Shown piece after piece: positions 21,408-30,960 of a DNA stretch of 64,000 nucleotides (positions are counted from its first letter, which is position 1; every line of letters starts with the position of its first letter). Source of the DNA: Candidatus Dojkabacteria bacterium (GTDB taxonomy: Bacteria; Patescibacteriota; Dojkabacteria; J137); contig JAUZRK010000021.1 of assembly GCA_030950485.1 (NCBI GenBank), positions 5,498-69,497 on the forward strand, in the 5' to 3' direction. The position numbers and the translations under genes were made by a program. Under the pieces are notes generated by a model, which searched no databases, was not told the DNA's origin, and worked only from the letters and a program-made list of their open reading frames with translations.

Positions 21408-22073
21408 CTATGATTCAATATTTAAAGATATATTTGAATCATTTGGTTGGAATAAGATTCCTTCCGCAACTCCATTACCTTTAAGTAGAATTATCCCGTC
21501 ATACTTTATTCCACCAGGAATATTGTTTCTAAAGTATTCATTTAAGGCGATATGCGGATGTCTACTGCTTTTATAAGATTCTCCCCAAACTTCATAGAGC
21601 AAGAAATCTATAGATTCATAAGCCTTATCACTGGTTGGATCTATAATCAAGAAAGTACCAGTTACATCTAAATCATATCTTTTCATCTCTTCATCATTTT
21701 TATACCCATCTACTTGAGTACCTTTTAAATCGCCAAGACCTATATAAAAACCTGCGCCTAAAGACATATTTCTATTTGTATATTTATGAGTAGAATCTAA
21801 AACTATATCTTTTCTAGAATAATGCCAGAAACCATCTGCATTTTTAATTGACGCAGTAGCGATACCCTGTAATTCTTTACCTTCGAATGAATGAGTAGAG
21901 ATTGATTTATTTCCTAAATTATAACCTTCAAGATTTATTGTTGATTGAGCATTCTCAACTTTTTCAAAGCCTTTATTAATACGAAGTCGTCCTGAGTTAC
22001 CTACAGGAATAGAATCACTGTTGTCTTCTGAAGGTGTATCTGTGAAATTACTGCTTACTTTAAGTGAACCCAT
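21408..22073 (-). CDS. Putative ADP-ribosyltransferase-fold protein
   Basis: FWHYS...LGAGFYIG...KYDGIIL...AEGILFQP resembles the H-Y-E ART pattern (YHG..G.GFY..YDGI..E.VVF.P). Confidence 0.45.
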   Translation of the reverse strand: MGSLKVSSNFTDTPSEDNSDSIPVGNSGRLRINKGFEKVENAQSTINLEGYNLGNKSISTHSFEGKELQGIATASIKNADGFWHYSRKDIVLDSTHKYTNRNMSLGAGFYIGLGDLKGTQVDGYKNDEEMKRYDLDVTGTFLIIDPTSDKAYESIDFLLYEVWGESYKSSRHPHIALNEYFRNNIPGGIKYDGIILLKGNGVAEGILFQPNDSNISLNIES

Positions 22074-22183
22074 CTTTAGCTAATGCTTATTTACTGAATT
22101 AATTATAAGCTTTTTATATGTTTCTGTCTAAAGAATGAAGTGGAAAAAGGATTTAACGAGAGCTGGTTAAGAGATTAACAAAA

Positions 22184-22255
22184 CTCCCCAGACTGGATTC
22201 GAACCAGTGACCTGCCGGTTAACAGCCGGACGCTCTACCGCTGAGCTACTGAGGA
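22184..22255 (-). tRNA. tRNA-Asn(GTT), CCA not encoded
   Basis: TCCTCAGTAGCTCAGCGGTAGAGCGTCCGGCT-GTT-AACCGGCAGGTCACTGGTTCGAATCCAGTCTGGGGAG forms a canonical cloverleaf. Confidence 0.96.
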
Positions 22256-22364
22256 ATACTTTGTTTTTATCAATGTGCTTAGGAATTATACAGTAAACTT
22301 TTTAAGTATCAAACATTTTTATGTTTTTCTAAATAGTTTATTATGATGTATACATTTAGTTTCT

Positions 22365-23111
22365 ATGAATCATACTAAAAATAACCTCTCATTCCTCCTT
22401 GGTAGCAATGAAACGGTTGAGGATGTTGTAACAAAAATGAATCTACTAAGTAGATTTTTTCAAAGCTATTCTGATCTTTCGGGCTTTATTCCTTTTCTAG
22501 AAACATATAAATATGTAACAGGAGAGGTATATTTATCTCGTGAAACATTTAATAGCTTTCCTCAAACTGAGAACCTAGATATATTTTTTGCGAATTTGTA
22601 CTTTAAACCAATCTATAGTTTTCTAACTGAGGGTAAAATGCCGTTACCTTGGAGAACTTACTTAGAATATTGTAACAATAATTTTCACAACCCATTTCTA
22701 CAAGTACTAATAGGTATATGCGTTCATATTAATTCCGATCTAGCATAATCTTTAGTTGAAACTGATTTTAATGAAGAAGATGATCTCTTCCATATAGACA
22801 TAATTTTAATGCATATTGTTCCTAAGTTAATGAGTTATCTAGCATTTAAAGAGCACGATATCTTAGCAATTCTAGGTCTAGCTGCTTTACCTATAACAGA
22901 GCATGAAACAAAGTCTATAATTCTAAGATGGAGACATGATGCTTGGCGAAATGCGAAAAAATTAAGATCTGGAGAAATTAATTTAAATGACTTAAGAATA
23001 GAAACTGATAGATTAGTACAAAGAATAATTTGGGAGTGGAAAGAGTATTTAAACCCAATACATGCTTTTAAATTATTACGAGATCTAGAGAGCTTGAGTG
23101 TCGATATTTAA
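22365..23111 (+). CDS. DUF5995-like protein with an in-frame TAA at 22746-22748
   Basis: FLETYKYVT, FANLYF, VHINSDLA motifs; the two annotated ORFs are in frame and 60 nt apart. Confidence 0.65.
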
Positions 23112-23273
23112 AATATCTTCTTGGAGAAACAGCAGAGAATTCAGTAGAAGAAAAAAAAGAAAGTTCCCGTTAGCGAGAGCTTGTATTATACGTTAAGCAT
23201 CAATCCACTAACTTGACGTCAGCGTTGATGTCGTTTGAAATATTTGTTTTAAATTATTAAAATTCATAGTTAA

Positions 23274-24109
23274 TTAGACCGTATTCTTTCTATTTCTTAT
23301 CCATTCAAATAAAAACTGTCCAGCCCAAGAAGTATACTCACCAGAATAATCACTTAACCAACTACTCATTTCTTCATACTTTTAGGTAAATTATATAATT
23401 CAGTTGCTATTTTAATTCCCCAAGTATCAATTGGAGCAATTCGATCAGTAACTCAAGAAAAAGTTAAAATACAATCTGCAGCCTTATTTCCAATTCCTTT
23501 GATTTTTAATAATTCTTCTTTCACCTCATCTTCGGAAAGATATTTATATCTTTCTAATAAGTTACTTTTTGTTAAGTATTCAATAGCAGAAATAATATAT
23601 TTATCTCTATATCCAACTCCAAGAGGCTTAAGATCCTCGCTTGTAGCTAAACTTAGTTCCTCCAAGTTTGGAAATAGACTAAAACTACGATTATCAATTA
23701 CGAGCTTTTTCCCAAATAGACTCTTTAATAGGTTAATAGTCTTTCTAATTGAAGTTATATTTTTATTTTGAGAAATAATGAATGAAATAATAGTTTCAAA
23801 AAGATCTTGTTTTAAGAGTCTAAGTCCTGGATATTTTACTATGGAGTCATTAATATAATCACCTTTATTAATTGATTTAATCATTGATTCATAGTCAAAT
23901 GATAGTCTGAAGTATTCTTCAATGATTCTTATATCATTTAAAACAGGGTAACTTTGCCAGTGAAGAGTATTTTCTTCCAAACTAATCTTCAAGATAGAAT
24001 TTTGATGAGAACCATAGTAAAAGTTGCCTATTAATTCCCAATTAAAACTTTGTCCACCTACTAAAGTAGTATCCAAATTTATAGCTTCCTTTAACTTAAG
24101 TGTATTCAT
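23274..24109 (-). CDS. 8-oxoguanine DNA glycosylase (Ogg, HhH-GPD) with a nonsense codon and a frameshift
   Basis: GQSFNW, PGLRLLKQD, SFIISQN, GYRDKY, IKGIGNKAADC; continues FS*VTDRIAPIDTW then WAGQFLF. Confidence 0.85.
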
Positions 24110-24139
24110 TGTTAGAATTATATAACTAAAAACATAATT

Positions 24140-24427
24140 ATGAAGTTAAATAAATCAGAAATTGATAGTAAATTACAAAATCTTAGTTCATGGATCTATG
24201 ATAAAGAATCTGAAGAATTAGTATTTGATCTAACTTTAGAAAATTTCAAACAATGTGTAGAGCTTTTAAATAAAGTATTAGAAGTTGCAGAAAAACTTAA
24301 CCATCACCCAGATGTGAGGATTTATAATTACAAGAAAATTGAGATTAGAATAACTACTCATGATCAAAATGGTATAACTGAAATAGATTTTGAGTTTGCT
24401 TCTTTAGTTAATAAATTACTAAATTAA
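24140..24427 (+). CDS. phhB: Pterin-4-alpha-carbinolamine dehydratase
   Basis: AEKLNHHPD, TTHD..GITEIDF. Confidence 0.9.
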   Translation: MKLNKSEIDSKLQNLSSWIYDKESEELVFDLTLENFKQCVELLNKVLEVAEKLNHHPDVRIYNYKKIEIRITTHDQNGITEIDFEFASLVNKLLN

Positions 24428-24428
24428 A

Positions 24429-24920
24429 ATGACTAGATCTTGGATAACTTCAACGGCAATTTTATCATTACATGAACAACTTCCAGTAAGGCAAGTATAC
24501 CTTTGGTGTATTTCAAAAGACGATTATATTGTGGTTGCGGGAAGAAATGATAAATGGCAATTCCCTGGAGGTAAACCAGATTCTGGTGAGAGTAAAGAGC
24601 AGGCATTAGAAAGAGAAGTTTTTGAAGAATCTGGAATTAAACTTAATGAATATAGTAACAGACCTACTATATTTGGATATTATTTGATAGAGGATGATCC
24701 TAATTGGCCGAATGATAAGGCTTATTCGCAATTAAGATTTATCTTAAGAATAGATAAGGACCACAAAGAAATATCACTAAGTAATAACGAAAAAGTAGAT
24801 GAGGCAACTCCTTTGGAAGATGTTAGGTGGGTTAAACTTGATGAATTATCAATGTTTAATCATTCTAGAATGAGCCATTCAGAATTTGAATCAGTGCTTA
24901 CTTCAGGAATTTTTGAATAG
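24429..24920 (+). CDS. NUDIX hydrolase
   Basis: PGGKPDSGESKEQALEREVFEESG. Confidence 0.9.
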   Translation: MTRSWITSTAILSLHEQLPVRQVYLWCISKDDYIVVAGRNDKWQFPGGKPDSGESKEQALEREVFEESGIKLNEYSNRPTIFGYYLIEDDPNWPNDKAYSQLRFILRIDKDHKEISLSNNEKVDEATPLEDVRWVKLDELSMFNHSRMSHSEFESVLTSGIFE

Positions 24921-24992
24921 AGCTGATAGATGTTGGTGACCAGTGGTTATTGGTGTGTAATATGATAAAATTAATGAAAGTATCTACAAAAA

Positions 24993-25673
24993 ATGCGAAT
25001 ATTACTGATAGAAGACGATAAAGTTATAGCTTCATTTATAAAACATGCAATATCTCAATACGGACACGTAATTGATCATAAAAATGATGGTAAGGAAGGG
25101 TTCCAATTAGCCCAGATAAATAAAAGCAATTATGATTTGATTATCTTAGATGTGTTGCTACCTTCAATGGATGGTTTAAAAATTTGTAGATTGCTGAGAG
25201 AAGAAGGTGACACCACTCCAATCTTAATGCTATCGGGTAGAGACTCAACTGAAAATAAGGTTGAAGGTTTAGACTCAGGTGCTGATGATTACCTTACAAA
25301 GCCTTTTGAAATGGATGAACTATACGCAAGAATTAAGGCTTTACATAGAAGGGCTACTGGAGAAAAAAATGAGATGATAGAGGTACAAAATATTGTATTA
25401 GATCCCAATGCGTATGAGGTTAAGGTAGATGGTAATCCCGTTGAATTAACTAATCTAGAATTTAGACTCCTAATGCTTTTAATGCACAATAAAGATAAAG
25501 TAGTTACTAGATCAGATATCATTGAAAAAGTTTGGGATATGTATGGAGGAGAACTTTTCTCTAACTCTACTAATGTTCATATGAAAAACTTAAGAAAGAA
25601 AATTGAAAGTGGTTCTGTAGAAAATTTAATTAAAACAATTCGAGGTGTAGGTTATAAATTTATTGGAGGTTAA
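24993..25673 (+). CDS. OmpR/PhoB-family response regulator
   Basis: LIEDD, ILDVLLP, GADDYLTKPF, wHTH ending TIRGVGY. Confidence 0.93.
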   Translation: MRILLIEDDKVIASFIKHAISQYGHVIDHKNDGKEGFQLAQINKSNYDLIILDVLLPSMDGLKICRLLREEGDTTPILMLSGRDSTENKVEGLDSGADDYLTKPFEMDELYARIKALHRRATGEKNEMIEVQNIVLDPNAYEVKVDGNPVELTNLEFRLLMLLMHNKDKVVTRSDIIEKVWDMYGGELFSNSTNVHMKNLRKKIESGSVENLIKTIRGVGYKFIGG

Positions 25674-26056
25674 TCTTAGATCTTAATTACACCACTATCA
25701 TTAAAAGTAGTTACTTAACACTAACTGAACTAGAGTCTATATTTGGAGATGACTTAGAAGCTATTAACTCAGTTCTTAAAGAGTTTATAGATCAGGTTGA
25801 TCAATCTCTGGAAGAAATCTCGCAAAGTCTAGTCATTCTAGATATTGGTAATATTAGAAAAGAATTTCAGAAAATAACCTCATCAACCTCATATATTTCA
25901 CAGCACTTAACTGACATGCTAATCTCATTTAGAGCTTCGTGTATTTCATATCAAAATAGAGGATTAGAGAAGCAAGTATTAGAATTTGAATTTGAAAAAC
26001 TGAATGATAAATATCTTGAAGTAAAAAAAGAGATCAATTTTATTTTATTAAAATGA
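25658..26056 (+). CDS. Unannotated Hpt-like domain ORF (phosphoacceptor His replaced by Gln); start codon unclear
   Basis: Stop-free frame of 133 codons: LTELESIFGDDLEAINSVLKEFIDQVDQSLEEISQSLVILDIGNIRKEFQKITSSTSYIS, compared with the Hpt pattern ..GGD..LL..F......AHKLKGSA..IG. Confidence 0.55.
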   Translation: MYWRLILDLNYTTIIKSSYLTLTELESIFGDDLEAINSVLKEFIDQVDQSLEEISQSLVILDIGNIRKEFQKITSSTSYISQHLTDMLISFRASCISYQNRGLEKQVLEFEFEKLNDKYLEVKKEINFILLK

Positions 26057-26066
26057 TCTCTTTTTT
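26023..26066. terminator. Hairpin between convergent genes
   Basis: AAAAAAGAGATCA...TGATCTCTTTTTT. Confidence 0.5.
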
Positions 26067-26078
26067 ATAATTTGAATT

Positions 26079-26492
26079 TTAGCTAGCACTTAGTATCGTA
26101 TATGTTTTGCTAAGTCCATTTGGAGTAGTTACATCAACATTTTCTCCTTTAATGGCTTTACTAAGAGCTCTCCCCAAAGGGGATAGCCTCGATACATGTC
26201 CAGATTTTGGATCTACTAATTCTTCGTTAACTATTTTAACTTCTCTTACTCTTTCCCCGTTTGAAATAGTAACTGTTCTTAATATACTAGAGTCATTACT
26301 TACTCTTTCTTTTAATTGAACAATGCTGTTATCTAAGGCTTCGATTTCATTTCGGAGTCTGTTTTGAACTAATTGGGCTTCTTCTCCTGATTCGTTGTTG
26401 ACCATTCTTAATCTGACCTCAATCTTTTCCTTCATTGTAATTAATCTCTCTAATCTTGTCTCGAATATATTCTTAGATACATTATTGTCCAT
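26079..26492 (-). CDS. GreA/GreB-family protein (short coiled coil plus C-terminal domain)
   Basis: DPKSGHVSRLSPLGRAL..GENVDVTTPNG..YTILS. Confidence 0.8.
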   Translation of the reverse strand: MDNNVSKNIFETRLERLITMKEKIEVRLRMVNNESGEEAQLVQNRLRNEIEALDNSIVQLKERVSNDSSILRTVTISNGERVREVKIVNEELVDPKSGHVSRLSPLGRALSKAIKGENVDVTTPNGLSKTYTILSAS

Positions 26493-26841
26493 ATAAAATA
26501 AATAAATAATAAATTAATATGTCTTAATGTTACTCCATGGCGCATGAAGTTTAAGTGAAGAGAGTATTAATTTTGACTGTCTTGAGAAATGACCGAATAT
26601 TATTTGGATATATCGCCATATGTATAATAATTTTGAGGTGGCGTACTTATAATTTGTCAGGTAATTTTGTCGAATTTTACTTGGCTAGTACATAAAAAGC
26701 ATTAGTTATAGAAGGTAACAACATAATCTTCTAGCTTATTCTAACCGTCTATCTTATCAATCGATTTTAATTTGAGACAGAGTAGAAAGAGTTTTGAATT
26801 TAAGAGCTATTATTAATAGCTTAATTTAAAATTATATTTAT

Positions 26842-27615
26842 ATGTTTAAATCTTTCACTGAAAGCGAGAATAGATTTAGAAACCTGAGGATTTTTAATCT
26901 GGTTATGGGTTTCTTTCATCTTGCACAAGCTGTAATTATGCTTATGATTAGTAACGATTATACGCAGACTCTAACTACTAGTTTTATAAAAGGAGTTCAG
27001 ACTGGAGAGAGAGAATTTGTTTTCAGTACAAAGCCTGAAAATTTTATTGATATAAATTTGGGAGCTGCAGTCGCAGTATTCTTGTTTTTATCAGCAGCAG
27101 CACATTTTCTTCTAGCTTCTCCAATGTTTTATAACTGGTATGTTAATAACTTAAAGAAAGGAGTTAATTACGGAAGATGGATTGAATATTCACTAAGTTC
27201 TTCATGGATGATTATAATTATTGCAATTCTAACTGGAATGTTAGATGCGCCAAGTCTATTATTGATGGCTTCTTTAAATGCGATGATGATTCTTTTTGGG
27301 TATGTGATGGAGCTTCACAATCAGACTACTGAGAAGACTGATTGGACTTCGTTTGTATTTGGTTGTATTGCTGGAGCTATACCTTGGGTAATAATCGCAT
27401 GGTATTTTATCTCTGCAGTTACTAACTTTGAAGGAGAAAATCCAATTCCAAAATTTGTTTATGGAATATTAATATCATTATTTGTCTTCTTCAATATTTT
27501 TGCAATCAACATGTACTTGCAATACAAAAAAGTTGGTCCATGGAAAAACTATCTTTTTGGAGAGACTGTTTTTATTATTAAGAGCCATAAATATGTAAAA
27601 GGTCATTTATGCTAG
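26842..27615 (+). CDS. Heliorhodopsin, truncated in TM7 (retinal-binding Lys missing)
   Basis: NLVMGFFHLAQ, SAAAHF, RWIEYSLSS, MILFG, FFNIFAINMYLQYKKVGPW..YLFGE; the expected LSLVAK is replaced by KSHKYVKGHLC*. Confidence 0.88.
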   Translation: MFKSFTESENRFRNLRIFNLVMGFFHLAQAVIMLMISNDYTQTLTTSFIKGVQTGEREFVFSTKPENFIDINLGAAVAVFLFLSAAAHFLLASPMFYNWYVNNLKKGVNYGRWIEYSLSSSWMIIIIAILTGMLDAPSLLLMASLNAMMILFGYVMELHNQTTEKTDWTSFVFGCIAGAIPWVIIAWYFISAVTNFEGENPIPKFVYGILISLFVFFNIFAINMYLQYKKVGPWKNYLFGETVFIIKSHKYVKGHLC

Positions 27616-27624
27616 AATTTAGAT

Positions 27625-28146
27625 ATGAAAGTATTAGTAATCTATTCAATAAACGGAGTTGAGGAAAATAAGGAGAATTTTTCTTTCCTTAAAAAATACG
27701 TAAGTGATTACGATGGAGTAGAGCTCGTTGCGCATAAAAACAAAGAAATACTTTCTGGTAAAGCTCATTTCAAAGGTACAAAGAAGGTGATTCAGCAAGC
27801 GGATGCAATAATTATTGATAATTCCCATTCAAGTTTTAGATTAGGATACGAGGCTTCGATTGCTTTAAATATGCATAAGCCGGTTTTAATTCTGTCTAAA
27901 GAAAAAGATTATTCTGAATTCATCCAGCACCCGAGTTTATTTGGAGCGAAATATAATGATACAAAAGGAATAAAAGATAATGTCGATAAATTTTTAAATA
28001 ATGTACATAAGAAAATGCTTTCGATTAGGTTTAATATGTATATTTCAAAAGAGCAGGAAGAAGCAATTGCCAAAAAGGCCTCAACTGAAGGTCTTACAAA
28101 ATCTGAAATTATAAGAATATTGATTGATGAGCATTTAGTTGAGTAA
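27625..28146 (+). CDS. Nucleoside-2-deoxyribosyltransferase-like fold with C-terminal ribbon-helix-helix
   Basis: ADAIIIDNS..S..LGYEASIAL..KPVLIL; C-terminal RFNMYIS...TKSEIIRILI. Confidence 0.65.
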   Translation: MKVLVIYSINGVEENKENFSFLKKYVSDYDGVELVAHKNKEILSGKAHFKGTKKVIQQADAIIIDNSHSSFRLGYEASIALNMHKPVLILSKEKDYSEFIQHPSLFGAKYNDTKGIKDNVDKFLNNVHKKMLSIRFNMYISKEQEEAIAKKASTEGLTKSEIIRILIDEHLVE

Positions 28147-28160
28147 CAACTCTTTGGTGT

Positions 28161-28200
28161 CTCACCCATCGCCCTTCGGGCACTTACCTCAAGGGAAAAT
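28161..28200. repeat. REP-like palindromic element between convergent genes
   Basis: CTCACCCATC-GCCCTTCGGGC-ACTTACCTCAAGGGAAAA; GC-rich, resembling the GCCCTTCGGGCACCTTCTCC-type REP. Confidence 0.5.
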
Positions 28201-28215
28201 TATAAGGGTGTTAGC

Positions 28216-28854
28216 TTAAACACTCTTGAATGCCTTAACTGTGTCTTTAACTCTTTCTAAATCTTTCCAGTGGATGTGGAGAGAGTCAATAAAGTGAATA
28301 TACTTTCCAGGTTTAACACCTACCTTTTTTGCTACATAGTATTGTAATGACACGAATTCAGAAATATTCATAAATATTTTTTTATACGCATCTGAAGAGT
28401 GAGCATGAGTATGCCATTCTAGCGTATCATCTTTGATTCTTGCCCAAAGTATTTGGGTACATGGGCTAATTTTAGAATCTTGATCTATATTCTTATCCCA
28501 AATTGAAATTTGTGATTCACCAGTAGGTAGCTTTTCTTTTAACTTTTTGATCATGAATTCGATTTGACTATTTGGCTGGTCAAAAATTCGATGATGGTAA
28601 ATTTTTGTCCACTCGTGAACTACTAGCTCTTCATTTTCTCCTGAGTAAATGTAATTGTTAATTATCTCTAAATCTTTTTTACCCATTGGAAATAGATTGT
28701 CGTATTCTATATGACTTGAATTCTCGAGTGTAATAAGTGCTGGCGAGTCTCTAAAGTATTTTTTGTTATCTGCATTTTGATTAGAATCGAGTAGAGTAGC
28801 TAATGTTTTTCTCCAAACTTTCGAAATTGAATTATCTTCGTTAATAGTTATCAT
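28216..28854 (-). CDS. Short thymidylate-synthase-fold protein
   Basis: SQIEFMIKKL, SIWD, catalytic PC, HSSD (RSxD position), FMNI, DSLHIH. Confidence 0.75.
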   Translation of the reverse strand: MITINEDNSISKVWRKTLATLLDSNQNADNKKYFRDSPALITLENSSHIEYDNLFPMGKKDLEIINNYIYSGENEELVVHEWTKIYHHRIFDQPNSQIEFMIKKLKEKLPTGESQISIWDKNIDQDSKISPCTQILWARIKDDTLEWHTHAHSSDAYKKIFMNISEFVSLQYYVAKKVGVKPGKYIHFIDSLHIHWKDLERVKDTVKAFKSV

Positions 28855-28927
28855 AGCGAGATGATACTAGCTTGATTTTCTTTACTCAAGGGGAATATTG
28901 CGTGTGTAAGTATGTATATGGATCTAT

Positions 28928-30294
28928 CTAAAACCAGTAGTCTCTCTTATTCTGAACATTATGCGTAGCAATCACTTTTTTTCTAACGCACTGCATTATT
29001 CTCGACTCAGTATTGCCCGAGCCTGAAGCTTTCCAACCGGTCCAATGATCCCATCCTGGGAATTCATTTAATGGATCATTTATAAACACCATTCCAGTTT
29101 CGACTTTAGAAGCTATATCTTTAGCAAGCTCTATATTTTTTGTATAAATCGAAGTTGATAACCCATATTTTGTATCATTATTTAATGCAATTGCTTCTTC
29201 AATAGTTTTAAATTTTATAACAGGGATTACATTTCCAAATGTTTCGGTTTGAACTAAATCAAAACTAGTATTAGGTAGCGCAACAATACTAGGGGTTAGG
29301 AAGAATCCTGTTTTGTTTTCATTCCACCGTGAATTAATCGTGCTCCTTTTAGCTCTGAATCAATGATTTTATTTCGGACAATTCCTCGGCTTATTTTATT
29401 TATATATGGACCGTATTGTATATTTGTCTTTAATTGAGACACTTTATTTACTAGTGTTTCTATAAATTCATCATAAATTTTCTCATAAATAAAGACTCTT
29501 TTAGTACCAACGCAGTCTTGTCCTGAATGATAAGTGGCTCCCCAAGTGATTACGCTAGCAGTAAATTCAATATTTGAATCATTTAAAACAATTGCAGCAC
29601 TATTTCCACCCATCTCAGCTTCAATTGGTGTACTTCCAGAATTTCTTTTTATATCTAACCCAGCCTCAACAGATCCGACAAAGAATATCTTATCTATTTC
29701 AGATTTAACCAGTTCTTTACTAATAGATTCATCGCCTAAAACTATCTGTATTAAATCTTTATCGAAACCTGCTTTTACAAATACTTCTTTTAGTTCAATC
29801 GCAAGAGCAGGGGAGTATTCAGAAGGTTTAAGTATTACTGAATTTCCTGAAATTAAATTTACAACAATTAGAGCCATTGGTACGAACCATGGGAAATTCC
29901 AGGCTGTAATTAATGCATTTACTCCATACGGCTCATATTTAAATTTAGCTTCAGTATTCTCGTCTATCTCAAATCCTTCATCTAAGCTTTCTAATTTTTT
30001 AACTTGTTTAATATAGTAATCAATATCGCTAATACTTGTTTCTACTTCAACTTCAAAGTCCATAGGTATTTTTCCTGTTTCTTTCTGAGCTATCTTAATC
30101 AATTTTTCTTTAACTTTCTCTATCTCACTCTGTAAATTCTTGAATAATATTATCTTGTCTTCTAATTTAGTAACCTTCCATTTAGTTTGTGCGTTCTTAG
30201 GTTCCAGTATTTGCTGGGCTAATTCTTGAGTCGAAGTTGCTTCGTATTCTTTATAAAGTTCTTCTGTAACTGGGTTTATTGTTTTGAATTTCAT
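28928..30294 (-). CDS. Aldehyde dehydrogenase, frameshifted near 29315
   Basis: TINPVT, AWNFP, LKPSE, EMGGN, GQDC; shifted frame continues ETFG..YGLS..WTGWKASG. Confidence 0.88.
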
Positions 30295-30335
30295 AACTAA
30301 ATTATAATCTTAAAAGTAATGCTACTGCAAAATTA

Positions 30336-30845
30336 TTATGCTTCACTTTGGATGTTACTCCAGAACATATCTGATGCTCTTTGATCATTCAATTCTATCT
30401 CAACTATCCCAGCATTATCTTCTTCATTATCCACAAACCTTGGAGTAGTTAGTTCTACGAATTTTAAACTATCTCCTGGGTTTACAGTCCACTTAAATGA
30501 CCAGTCTTTTCCATACATTGCAAATTGGTTTTTAGATTCTGGAAAAGACGAATCATATGTACCTTTTAAAATAGTTCCATCAGGTGCCTCTGCAACGAAA
30601 GTTGCTTTACCTTCTACCATTATGTCGCAGAAGACTATATCCTTTGTAAAATGCTGAACTGGAGAACCATCAGCTTTTAGTGTGATAATTGCTAGATCTA
30701 GCGTACTATCTCCTTGTATTGTATACATTTCTAGATAGATATGATCTTTTCCTTCGTATGGAAAGCCGCTCCAGCCTTGTATTAGCTCTTGAGGCTCACC
30801 ACCAGAGTAAAGATATGTTTTTTCATTTTCCTCGTATACGCGCAT
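30336..30845 (-). CDS. Hypothetical protein (possibly cupin-like)
   Basis: Beta-rich 169-aa ORF (DIMVEGKATF, LKFVELTTPRF). Confidence 0.5.
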   Translation of the reverse strand: MRVYEENEKTYLYSGGEPQELIQGWSGFPYEGKDHIYLEMYTIQGDSTLDLAIITLKADGSPVQHFTKDIVFCDIMVEGKATFVAEAPDGTILKGTYDSSFPESKNQFAMYGKDWSFKWTVNPGDSLKFVELTTPRFVDNEEDNAGIVEIELNDQRASDMFWSNIQSEA

Positions 30846-30960
30846 TTGCTCATCCGTGCTTGAAGCTGGGAGAGTTGTACTAATTATTTCTACTATAAGT
30901 TCTCTACATAATCACATTAATGTTACGACTTTATATTAAAAATCTGGTATACTAAACTTG

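Noticed and set aside
22531-22546. parS-like sequence TTTATCTCGTGAAACA (also a partial match at ~8440 in parA)
   Set aside because: Three mismatches to TGTTTCACGTGAAACA, not palindromic, and explainable by coding sequence.
17743-30294. Programmed frameshifting in the ABC transporter, 2H, ogg and ALDH genes
   Set aside because: Shifts are scattered at homopolymers or short repeats across unrelated genes, consistent with long-read consensus errors.
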